Source of the DNA: Saprospiraceae bacterium
Lineage (GTDB): Bacteria; Bacteroidota; Bacteroidia; Chitinophagales; Saprospiraceae
Assembly: GCA_020852155.1 (NCBI GenBank)
Contig: JADZBJ010000253.1
Location: forward strand, 1-37,106
Direction: 5' to 3'
Length of the DNA: 37,106 nucleotides
Shown: positions 17,849 through 25,375 of the stretch, one piece after another
Layout: the number at the start of each line of letters is the position of its first letter
How positions within the stretch are numbered: position 1 is the stretch's first letter
The notes under the pieces: model-generated
Databases searched by the model: none
Told to the model about the DNA's origin: nothing
Seen by the model: only the letters and a program-made list of their open reading frames with translations
Program-made: the position numbers and the translations under genes

Positions 17849-17964
17849 TTTCATGCAATAATCTTTTTTGGCCTGGAAACTTTATAATACGGCATAAAAC
17901 CAGGATCATATTCTATAGTAGACGAAAGTCTGGCTCTCACACATACCTCCAAAAAGATTAACTA

Positions 17965-18543
17965 ATGCACAAGTGTTTTATACTACTATTGCTATTGCTA
18001 TTAATGTCACAAATTAACAGTAACGCTCAACAACCTGAAACCTCAACACAGCAGTGTACTCTTGAATGTGACAGCCTCATCTACCAGATTTCGTATGATA
18101 AATTTAGTGATAGTAATTTTGTAGAAATCAATATCACTAATTCGAAACATGACACAATCTGGCTTATGAATACAGTAGAACAAACCAGGGTCGTTTCTGA
18201 TACTTTTCGTTTGTGGGTTGCACCCAATGCGAGGTACCTGGATGAGTACAACGAACTAATTTCCTTGAGTCCTGGCCAGTCATTAGATTATGTTTCAATG
18301 AAAGTACCTGCTAATAATGCAGTTAATGTGTTACTTTTTTATGTTGCTGATTTAAAAGAATTTTTATCCATGTGTTCTGATATTAACACCCCGCCTTCAA
18401 GGGTCAATTATGGTTCTTTTGATGTCGTATCTTACATGTATGAAAAAAACCTAACGTATGCTACGAGTTTAAATATTAGCATCAATAAAATAAAAAATCA
18501 CTTTAATTGTAGTCAAGTTACACTGGAGTTAGACAAATATTGA
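17965..18543 (+). CDS. Low-GC orphan secreted protein (192 aa)
   Basis: The signal is MHKCFILLLLLLLMSQINSNAQ. No recognisable motif. GC is about 33-35%. Confidence 0.55.
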   Translation: MHKCFILLLLLLLMSQINSNAQQPETSTQQCTLECDSLIYQISYDKFSDSNFVEINITNSKHDTIWLMNTVEQTRVVSDTFRLWVAPNARYLDEYNELISLSPGQSLDYVSMKVPANNAVNVLLFYVADLKEFLSMCSDINTPPSRVNYGSFDVVSYMYEKNLTYATSLNISINKIKNHFNCSQVTLELDKY

Positions 18544-18766
18544 AAAATAGCCGCACTTTAGCGCCATCCTTTCGCAGCAGTGTGTTAAAGTCCAACCCCA
18601 AAAGATAAAGAATGTAGCAGAAAAATTGGCCGATCCCCCTTCACTCCGGGTGAGCGTAAAGCCAGGGTAGCACTATAGCGTCGTTCACTCGAGGCCGTGT
18701 GTTGCGGGGACGGCCAACCTTAATACCAATAGCGCCACGCCTCCTTCAAGGACGTGAGCCAAAATA

Positions 18767-18805
18767 AATTGGGGGTTCTCCGCATCTCGCGGAGAACCCC
18801 CAATT
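18767..18805. terminator. Strong hairpin terminator (17-bp stem), serving mainly the minus-strand gene 18830-19519
   Basis: AATTGGGGGTTCTCCGC, loop atctc, then GCGGAGAACCCCCAATT. On the minus strand it is followed by tttatttt. Confidence 0.8.
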
Positions 18806-18829
18806 TAATAAAACAGGCTATTTTAAGCC

Positions 18830-19519
18830 TTAATTCCCTTCATTTTCGACATTTTCCAGGCGGCGTGCGATTTCTTCCTTGGCACGACGCTGGTTTTCGA
18901 TGTCAATCAGGTTGGCTTCCATTGCCTTCTCGTTAGTCACAATGTCCTGTTCCGCTTTTTTGATCTTTTGCGTCCAGGTTTCAATGTCTTTGCGCAGCCC
19001 GTCTGTATCTTTTTGCATGTTGCGCTGCTTCTTCTCCATGTCTTTGATTTTGTCTTCCTGGGCTTTGAGTTCGCCGTTAATAATAGCGCGGCGGACGTCG
19101 TAGTAGCAATCGCGCAGCGTGCGGGCCATTTCTTCGGTGCGGCCTGCATTGTCGCGGCGGTTCAGGAAGTTGGCGCCGGCGTCAATCCACACATTAAGGG
19201 CTGCGCCCCGGCTGGTTTTTTCGATGGTGCTATAAATCGCAAACTCATCGTTGCCCATAATACCATCCGTGAGTTGTGTTGCCGTCCACTCATCAGACTT
19301 TTTGTCTTTTTTGAGTTTGGCTTTAAATCTTTTTTTGGCAAAATCACGCCAGGTTTCTTCAACCAGACCTTCTTTCGCGCCGTCAAATTCCATACGGAAG
19401 CATGGGCGAGTACCGAAGGACATGGCGCGTTCGGTTTCAATAACAACCTGTCCGCGCTGGGCAAAACCCGGTGCAACAGTCATTAAAAAGGCAATAATGA
19501 GCAAAAACTTGTTCAACAT
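18830..19519 (-). CDS. Secreted hypothetical protein with a C-terminal coiled coil
   Basis: The signal is MLNKFLLIIAFLMTVAPGFAQ. The C-terminal about 90 aa are heptad-like and K/E/Q-rich (ELKAQEDKIKDMEKKQRNMQKDTDGLRKDIETWTQKIKKAEQDIV...). GC is normal. Confidence 0.6.
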   Translation of the reverse strand: MLNKFLLIIAFLMTVAPGFAQRGQVVIETERAMSFGTRPCFRMEFDGAKEGLVEETWRDFAKKRFKAKLKKDKKSDEWTATQLTDGIMGNDEFAIYSTIEKTSRGAALNVWIDAGANFLNRRDNAGRTEEMARTLRDCYYDVRRAIINGELKAQEDKIKDMEKKQRNMQKDTDGLRKDIETWTQKIKKAEQDIVTNEKAMEANLIDIENQRRAKEEIARRLENVENEGN

Positions 19520-19622
19520 GATGGGGTGAGATTTCTGAGAATGAAGTAAAGGTGTAACAAAGGTAAGCGCGTAATGGCGATTTTCGGTCGAAGGAGCGAT
19601 TCAACGCCTGCGCTCAGTTCTA

Positions 19623-19783
19623 AGAGTGTGTTCGGGAATTGGATTTTGGCCTGCTCTCAAAAAATTTAATTCTGATCGGCGTTAAAATTTTCGCCTTAGA
19701 ACCCGACTAAGACTGCAAATTTCGCCTTGATCAAAATCAAATTTTCCCTCGTTCGGCACAAACCCAATTCCCGAACACACTCT
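19623..19783. mobile_element. MITE-like non-autonomous element (161 bp) with 20-bp perfect terminal inverted repeats
   Basis: agagtgtgttcgggaattgg (19623-19642) pairs with ccaattcccgaacacactct (19764-19783). The interior is AT-rich, has internal aaatttcgcctt(a/g)a duplications, and has no ORF. A solo end is at 17584-17606. Confidence 0.6.
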
Positions 19784-19806
19784 AAAACGCCATTTGGTAA
19801 ATGTGG

Positions 19807-20859
19807 TCACATCTGTTTTATCCATTGGCGGATAAGTTCGACGCCCTCCTGATGCGCCATTTGTCGGCCCAGTTCGGGCATTCGAATGCCGGGGTCGTTT
19901 TCTTCCATGCGGTACAACAGGATGCTCTCGTTGGGTTTGCCGTGCACAATGCTGTATCGCCTGTTTCCGCTACCTCGTCCGGCAGCGACTGGCGGCTTGT
20001 TGACACCGAATTTCTCCGGGTCGGCTTGATCGTATTCCAGAAACAATCCGCTGGTGCTGGCGGGACCGTGCGGGTTATGGCAATGTGCGCAATTGCCATC
20101 CAGATAAGCCCTGGCAGCGAGTGCCGTAGCGTTTTTGTCTGCGTTTTCCTCCAGACGCCGATAATCTTTCATGCAAGGCGACGTGGCAGGATTAAAATCC
20201 GAAGGTAGTTCCAGCCAGCCGTTAGTCGCCCAGGTCAACAATTGATTGTCCGATTTTTCAGCCTGATTCAGTTGCCGCGCCGATACGCCAATGGGCACAA
20301 ACTGACCATCGTACGAATGGCAGCCTTTGCATTGATTCAGGTTGGGCATGGCGTATTCTATCTGCTGCTTTTTACCATGTGCATCAACCCAACTCAATGG
20401 CGTTGAAGCACCGGCGACTTCCAGCGTGGCATCGGTTTGGTCGGCATTCCAGACATATTCCAGCGCTTTCCAGCCTTTTTCATCGCGCAGCAACAAACGC
20501 GTTTCGAGGATTCGGCATGTTCGAAGCCTTTCCGCTTCCGAGGCCGTATAATCCTGAGCGTAATAGAAATTTTTGATAATGACCGCTCCGGCAGGAAGTT
20601 CAAATGCCCCGGCGGATTTGTACAGCATCTTTTTGCCTTCCGGCAAATAAATAAAACGCGATTTTTCAGCGTAATCCGTAAACAATGGCGCGTTTACTTC
20701 GTACGGAAAAACGCCTTTCGCCGGTTTTAAATCAGCCATTTTTCCTTCAAAAAAACCGTACTCCGACAACTGCATTTTAGGCGCTGCAATTGGCTGACGC
20801 ATGGAAAGCAGCAGTATGGCCGCGCATATCAGCCCTGCAAATGGCAAGATCAGGCGCAT
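19807..20859 (-). CDS. Diheme c-type cytochrome of unknown function (SO_2930/HNE_0200-like family, name recalled from memory)
   Basis: There are two CXXCH motifs (NQCKGCHSYDG and GNCAHCHNPHG). The preferred start is MRLILPFAGLICAAILLLS at 20859, which is signal-like. The track start at 21039 would overlap the upstream gene by 146 nt. Confidence 0.75.
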   Translation of the reverse strand: MRLILPFAGLICAAILLLSMRQPIAAPKMQLSEYGFFEGKMADLKPAKGVFPYEVNAPLFTDYAEKSRFIYLPEGKKMLYKSAGAFELPAGAVIIKNFYYAQDYTASEAERLRTCRILETRLLLRDEKGWKALEYVWNADQTDATLEVAGASTPLSWVDAHGKKQQIEYAMPNLNQCKGCHSYDGQFVPIGVSARQLNQAEKSDNQLLTWATNGWLELPSDFNPATSPCMKDYRRLEENADKNATALAARAYLDGNCAHCHNPHGPASTSGLFLEYDQADPEKFGVNKPPVAAGRGSGNRRYSIVHGKPNESILLYRMEENDPGIRMPELGRQMAHQEGVELIRQWIKQM

Positions 20860-20893
20860 GGGCGATGGAGAAAACCGCCTGTGCGATAGTTTA

Positions 20894-22105
20894 CTATTTT
20901 GAACAATCATAAGGCCGAATGTCTTTGCTGATATCGCCTTTAAACAGGCCGATTTTATCGGCTCTGATGTTGGCGAAACTGCCGTTTTGATTGTTTTTAA
21001 TACAAATCCGATATTCAGACCGTAACTGCCCTGAAGCATCCAGATGATCCGGGTTTTGAATGCCGTCGTACAGGATATGCGGCACTTTTCTGCCGAATTT
21101 CCACCAGAAAATAAAGCCTAACTTGTTTTTCCAGGTGGGCATACGTTTGCCCTTTGAGTAGGTGTTGTCGTGAATGCGAATATTGGTCGGATAAGGATTG
21201 TAAAGCGTGTCTTTTATGGGCGTTTCGGCGATGAAATAACTAACGATGGCTGTTGAGGCTGTTTTGTTATTTAAAATCTGGTTGTGATGAACGTCCACAT
21301 CGTTTGTGGCCAGAATCATGACGCCGGTACCGGGCGGCACTTTGCCAACGATATTTCCTTTGGGCGCGAAATTCCGGTAATTATTGGCCTTGACTTCATT
21401 GTCGTACACCTGCACGTGCCCGCCGCGTTTTTTCATTAAATCAGGCAGGTCGAACACCAGAATGCCGCCGGTATTATCTTCCGATTTATTTTTCCAGACC
21501 CAGGCATTGGTGGTATTTTCAATTTCGATACCGGCAACATTGTTTCGGGCATAGCAATCCGTCACCCAAACGCTGTCGGATTGACCGACATAAATACCGG
21601 CATCCGAAGCGCCGATCGCCGTACAACGCTCGATGCGCACGTTAAAACATTGCACCGGATACAGCGCATAAGAGCCATTCGAGGCTTTGGGTTTGCCTGT
21701 CCAGCGGGCGGTAATATTTTTAAACACCAAACCATTCACCGTCTGGGTTTTAATCAGGTCGCCTTTGCTGTCTTCGATGGTAAAGTCTTGCAGGGTGATG
21801 TTTTTGGCATTGGTGACTTTCAGCCCTTCTGCGCCCTGTTTTTGGTTTTTGAAAGACAAAATGGTTTTGCCTTCACCGGCGCCCCGCACGACGATATTGT
21901 TTTTGCCATCCAGCCAAAGGGTATTCGACAGCGTGACAAACCCCTGAGGCAATTCAATGACATCGCCATCTTCGGCCAGAATCATCCGGGTTTGAAGTTG
22001 CTTTTCAATATCCGCCTGGGCTTGAAGCCCCCATGCCGGAAAAATGCCCGACAAGGCGATCAGTAAACGAGTCAGATAAAAAGAATGAAAAATAAAATAC
22101 CGCAT
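20894..22105 (-). CDS. Secreted parallel beta-helix repeat protein
   Basis: The preferred start at 22105 gives MRYFIFHSFYLTRLLIALSGIFPAWGLQAQA. PbH1-like repeats are present (AIGASDAGIYVGQSDSVWVTDCYARNNVAGIEIENTTNAWVWKNKSEDNTGGILVFD). Confidence 0.75.
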   Translation of the reverse strand: MRYFIFHSFYLTRLLIALSGIFPAWGLQAQADIEKQLQTRMILAEDGDVIELPQGFVTLSNTLWLDGKNNIVVRGAGEGKTILSFKNQKQGAEGLKVTNAKNITLQDFTIEDSKGDLIKTQTVNGLVFKNITARWTGKPKASNGSYALYPVQCFNVRIERCTAIGASDAGIYVGQSDSVWVTDCYARNNVAGIEIENTTNAWVWKNKSEDNTGGILVFDLPDLMKKRGGHVQVYDNEVKANNYRNFAPKGNIVGKVPPGTGVMILATNDVDVHHNQILNNKTASTAIVSYFIAETPIKDTLYNPYPTNIRIHDNTYSKGKRMPTWKNKLGFIFWWKFGRKVPHILYDGIQNPDHLDASGQLRSEYRICIKNNQNGSFANIRADKIGLFKGDISKDIRPYDCSK

Positions 22106-22180
22106 ACACAACGGCAATTTCGGAAAACAACCCGGACAAAAACTTCCCAAGTCAACCCTGAAATCGCAGGGCTAATGTAG

Positions 22181-22455
22181 GTGAAAGTTGAAAAAGTTGA
22201 AAAGTTGTTGAAGGTTGAAATGGTTGAAGTGGTTGAAGTAGTTGAAGTGGTTGAAGTGGTTGAAGTGGTTGAAGTGGTTGAAGTGGTTGAAGTGGTTGAA
22301 AGTGGTTGAAGTGGTTGAAGTGGTTGAAGTGGTTGAAGTGGTTGAAAGTTAATTCAACATTTCAACTTTCAACAACTTTTCAACCTTCAACATTTCAACT
22401 TTCAACCACTTTTCAACCTTCAACATTTCAACAACTTTTCAACCTTCAACATTTC
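22181..22455. repeat. Large imperfect palindrome with a 9-nt tandem array (GGTTGAAGT, roughly a dozen copies) facing TTCAAC-type units
   Basis: The 9-mer array runs from 22222 to about 22346, and two units carry a 1-nt insertion. The turn is at about 22347 (gttaattcaac). The right arm is built from roughly 32-nt catttcaactttcaac.acttttcaaccttcaa units. It overlaps the last codons of ubiX. Confidence 0.9.
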
Positions 22456-23026
22456 CACTCCCCTCCCCCCAACGGTAAGTGTTGGTTTCGAGTCCGGCCA
22501 AGTCCAGCACCCGGTCAACGACTGTGGCTGCCAGGGCATAAAAATCGGCGGGTCGAGAATAAAAAGACGGGCAGGCCGGGCAAATAATACCGCCAGCCTC
22601 TGTGATGGTGGTCATGTTGCGTAGGTGAATGAGGCTGAGTGGCGTATCGCGCGTGACCAATATCAGCCGGCGGCGCTCCTTGAGTACGACATCTGCTGCA
22701 CGGGTAGTCAGGTCATTGCTGATGCCGGTTGCGATACGGCCGAGTGTACCCATCGAGCAAGGGCAGACGATCATGGTGTCGTATCGGGCCGAACCCGAAG
22801 CGAATGGCGCAAAAAAATTGCGCTGGTCATAAAAATCAAAAGGATAATCTTGCGGAGAAAACTCGGCGCCGAGTTCCAGTTGCCAGTTCAGTCGTGCGTT
22901 ATCAGAAAATACGACGCCAATGGCTGCCCATTGTTCAGGTATAGCGGCAAGTTTGTCGAACAATACCTTGGCATACAAAGCACCCGACGAGCCGGTTACA
23001 GCAATTACGATTTTACGCTGATTCAT
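22439..23026 (-). CDS. ubiX: UbiX-family flavin prenyltransferase
   Basis: MNQRKIVIAVTGSSGALYAKVLFDKL...MIVCPCSMGTLGRIATGISNDLTTRAADVVLKERRRLILVTRDTPLSLIHLRNM is colinear with UbiX/Pad1. The ATG at 23026 is preferred over 23095. Confidence 0.9.
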   Translation of the reverse strand: MNQRKIVIAVTGSSGALYAKVLFDKLAAIPEQWAAIGVVFSDNARLNWQLELGAEFSPQDYPFDFYDQRNFFAPFASGSARYDTMIVCPCSMGTLGRIATGISNDLTTRAADVVLKERRRLILVTRDTPLSLIHLRNMTTITEAGGIICPACPSFYSRPADFYALAATVVDRVLDLAGLETNTYRWGEGSGNVEG

Positions 23027-23310
23027 GCCCGCACAACAGACAATCGGGCATTCAGGTTTATTTTTGTCGAATAGACTTCCCTCATACCATTTCAAAACCG
23101 ACTTTTGCTGTCGCAGGATCGGGATTTACGGGATTTCAGGATGGGCAGGATTGGATTGGTGGTGTTTTGTTGCGTGTGTTGAATTTACCTGGTGTTTAAG
23201 GTCGGCATTGTTAAGAAGATATGATCAATGCCAAAGACAGGGAACGAATTGAATTTGTAGATGCTCAGAAAATCAAATCCTGACCATCCAAAAATCCTGG
23301 AAATTCTGAT

Positions 23311-23347
23311 AAAAAAAATGAGGCAGTGCCACCACAGCACTACCTCA
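23311..23347 (-). terminator. Minus-strand intrinsic terminator with no annotated gene upstream
   Basis: Read on the minus strand: TGAGGTAGTGC, loop tgtggtg, then GCACTGCCTCA (one mismatch), followed by T8 (plus-strand A8 at 23311-23318). Confidence 0.55.
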
Positions 23348-23425
23348 GCCCTAACCAAATAAAACCAAATTTTTCTTGTGAAGATGTTTCTTATGATGAC
23401 AAAGGTAAAATGCTTTGTGTAGTTA

Positions 23426-23521
23426 TTACAACAAGCGAGAAAAATTTTTTTTAATTTTTTTCCGGCAAATCTTCTTTTCACCGAAGCCTATCCCTGCCCA
23501 AAGAATAATGACAACAATCAT
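23426..23521 (-). CDS. Candidate 31-aa hydrophobic/basic peptide
   Basis: The ATG at 23521 gives MIVVIILWAGIGFGEKKICRKKIKKNFSRLL, one TM-like segment with a Lys/Arg-rich tail. It is about 80 nt upstream of the minus-strand terminator. It is the 3' part of track ORF 23426..23638, whose upstream part overlaps the M28 start. Confidence 0.25.
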   Translation of the reverse strand: MIVVIILWAGIGFGEKKICRKKIKKNFSRLL

Positions 23522-23613
23522 GATTTTCCGATAAAGAACATTATCAAAATCATATTTTGAATAAAATCTAATTTTAAGCCCCTGAAAAAACATAATTTTA
23601 TTAATGTTTAAAA

Positions 23614-25026
23614 ATGACAAATCGCTACTCATTTTCAAGTCTCGGCCCTGGGCCCTTCCTGACCCTTATTTTATTTTTCACACTAAGCCACACAACCTAC
23701 GCACAGAAGCCGGAAGAAGGCGTCATGATTGACAAAATCTTCGATTTGGCCCTGACGGACAGCCGTAGTTACGAGTGGCTCCGGGATCTGTCGTACAATG
23801 TTGGTCACCGTTTGAGCGGTAGCCCTTCGGCAGCCAAAGCCGTACAATGGGGCAAACAAATGCTGGATACTGTCGGGCTGGACAAGGTTTGGTTGCAGCC
23901 TTGTATGGTGCCGCACTGGGTACGTGGCGAAGCGGAAAAAATCGCCATTAAAACATACAACGGCGAAGTAGCGCTCACAGCCCTGGCGCTGGGCGGTTCG
24001 GTACCCACACCTTCTGGTGGTATTGAAGGGCCAGTGGTCGAAATCCGCTCGTGGGAACAATTAGATACCCTTGGCGCAGCCGGCGTAAAGGGTAAAATTG
24101 TGTTTTATAACCGCCCGATGGAGCCTACTTACCTCAAGACTTTTGATGCTTACCGGTATTGCGTTGACCAACGCGTACATGGTGCTTCGCGTGCCGCCAA
24201 ATACGGCGCAACGGGCGTTCTGGTACGCAGCATGAACCTTAGGGAAGATGATTTTCCGCATACCGGCGGGATGCGTTACGACTCGAATTACGCCCTGATT
24301 CCGGCGGCGGCCATCAGCACTATGGGCGCAAATAAACTCCACGACATGCTGCAACGCGATCAGGTCATCAGCCTGTGGATGCAACTGAATTGTCAAACCC
24401 TTCCAGATGAGCCTTCGTTCAATGTCATCGGTGAAATACGCGGCACAGAGCGCCCAAACGATGTTATTCTGGTGGGCGGCCACCTCGATAGCTGGGATGT
24501 TGGCCACGGCGCACACGACGACGGCGCCGGTGTGGTACAAAGCATGGATGTACTGCGTCTGCTGCACCGTATGGGTTACCGCCCGCGACACACGATACGT
24601 TGTGTGTTATTTATGAATGAAGAAAATGGCCTTCGCGGCGGTCGCGCGTATGCCGCCGAAGCCGAACGCAAGGGCGAATATCCACTTTGTTCCATCGAAA
24701 GCGATGCAGGCGGATTCACGCCACGCGGATTCACGTTTGAAGGCGACGACGCTGTTTTTGGAAAATTATTTGAAAAAATAAAAACGTTCGAGCCGATGTT
24801 TGAACCCTATGACCTGAAATTTAAAGTCGGTGGTTCCGGCGCCGATATTAGCCCCCTGAAAGGCATGAAAGGTTTGTTGAGCGGCTACTCGCCCGATTCG
24901 CAACGCTATTTCGATTACCACCACAGCGCTGATGATACTTTTGATAAAGTCAATAAACGCGAACTGGAATTAGGCACCGCCTGCATGGCAGCCCTGGTGT
25001 ATCTGGTGGATAAATATGGATTGTAA
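23614..25026 (+). CDS. M28-family zinc aminopeptidase with PA-like insert, secreted
   Basis: Metal-ligand contexts are GGHLDSWDVGHGAHDDGAGVVQ and FMNEENGLRGG. The signal-like N-terminus is FLTLILFFTLSHTTYAQ. Confidence 0.85.
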   Translation: MTNRYSFSSLGPGPFLTLILFFTLSHTTYAQKPEEGVMIDKIFDLALTDSRSYEWLRDLSYNVGHRLSGSPSAAKAVQWGKQMLDTVGLDKVWLQPCMVPHWVRGEAEKIAIKTYNGEVALTALALGGSVPTPSGGIEGPVVEIRSWEQLDTLGAAGVKGKIVFYNRPMEPTYLKTFDAYRYCVDQRVHGASRAAKYGATGVLVRSMNLREDDFPHTGGMRYDSNYALIPAAAISTMGANKLHDMLQRDQVISLWMQLNCQTLPDEPSFNVIGEIRGTERPNDVILVGGHLDSWDVGHGAHDDGAGVVQSMDVLRLLHRMGYRPRHTIRCVLFMNEENGLRGGRAYAAEAERKGEYPLCSIESDAGGFTPRGFTFEGDDAVFGKLFEKIKTFEPMFEPYDLKFKVGGSGADISPLKGMKGLLSGYSPDSQRYFDYHHSADDTFDKVNKRELELGTACMAALVYLVDKYGL

Positions 25027-25044
25027 GGGGATCCCTGGTTATTC

Positions 25045-25343
25045 ATAAACAGGAAACCCCTGACGGGGTTTTAGGGAAAATATCTGTTACAATCTATAAA
25101 CAGGGAACCCCTAACGGGGTTTTTATGTATTTACCGCTTGTGGGAAATTCAACAAAAACCCCGTCAGGGGTTCCCTGTTTATAGCAAAATGAACGGAAAA
25201 TCGATCATAACCCCGTCAGGGGTTCCCTGTTTATAGCAAAATGAACGGAAAAATCGATTAAAACCCCGTCAGGGGTTCCCTGTTTATATCAAAATGAACG
25301 GAAAATCGATTAAAAACCCCGTCAGGGGTTCCCTGTTTATAAC
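25045..25343. repeat. Cluster of six copies of a 27-bp hairpin element: two inverted copies plus four direct copies in a 52-53-bp tandem array
   Basis: The core is AACCCC-GTCA-GGGGTTccctgtttata. Direct copies start at 25157, 25209, 25262 and 25315. Inverted copies are at 25045-25070 and 25095-25121. The inter-repeat segments (gcaaaatgaacggaaaatcgat..) are nearly identical to one another. Confidence 0.9.
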
Positions 25344-25375
25344 AAAACTTATCTTTACACCTATTGATATCATTA

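Noticed and set aside
18585-18625. tmRNA-like stretch gtccaaccccaaaagataaagaatgtagcag
   Set aside because: There is no upstream tRNA-like 5' end, no tag reading frame ending in ..AA-stop, and no T-arm or CCA 3' end downstream. The similarity is short and recalled from memory only.
20860-21039. Upstream extension of the diheme cytochrome ORF
   Set aside because: It would overlap the beta-helix gene by 146 nt. A signal-peptide-bearing start (MRLILPFAG...) exists at 20859.
22306-22587. 93-aa ORF beginning MKWLKWLKWLKWLK
   Set aside because: It is translated from the 9-nt tandem array and the palindrome arm, and its 3' part is antisense to ubiX.
23185-23638. Track ORFs 23185..23481 and 23426..23638 (minus) as full-length genes
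   Set aside because: Their translations are low-complexity and AT-driven. One runs across the minus-strand terminator and the other overlaps the M28 start. Only the 31-codon 3' portion is kept, as a weak candidate.
25157-25343. CRISPR-like layout: 27-bp hairpin repeats spaced at 52-53 bp
   Set aside because: The spacers are nearly identical to one another, there are only four units, and no cas genes are present. It is a tandem duplication of a repeat unit, not a CRISPR array.
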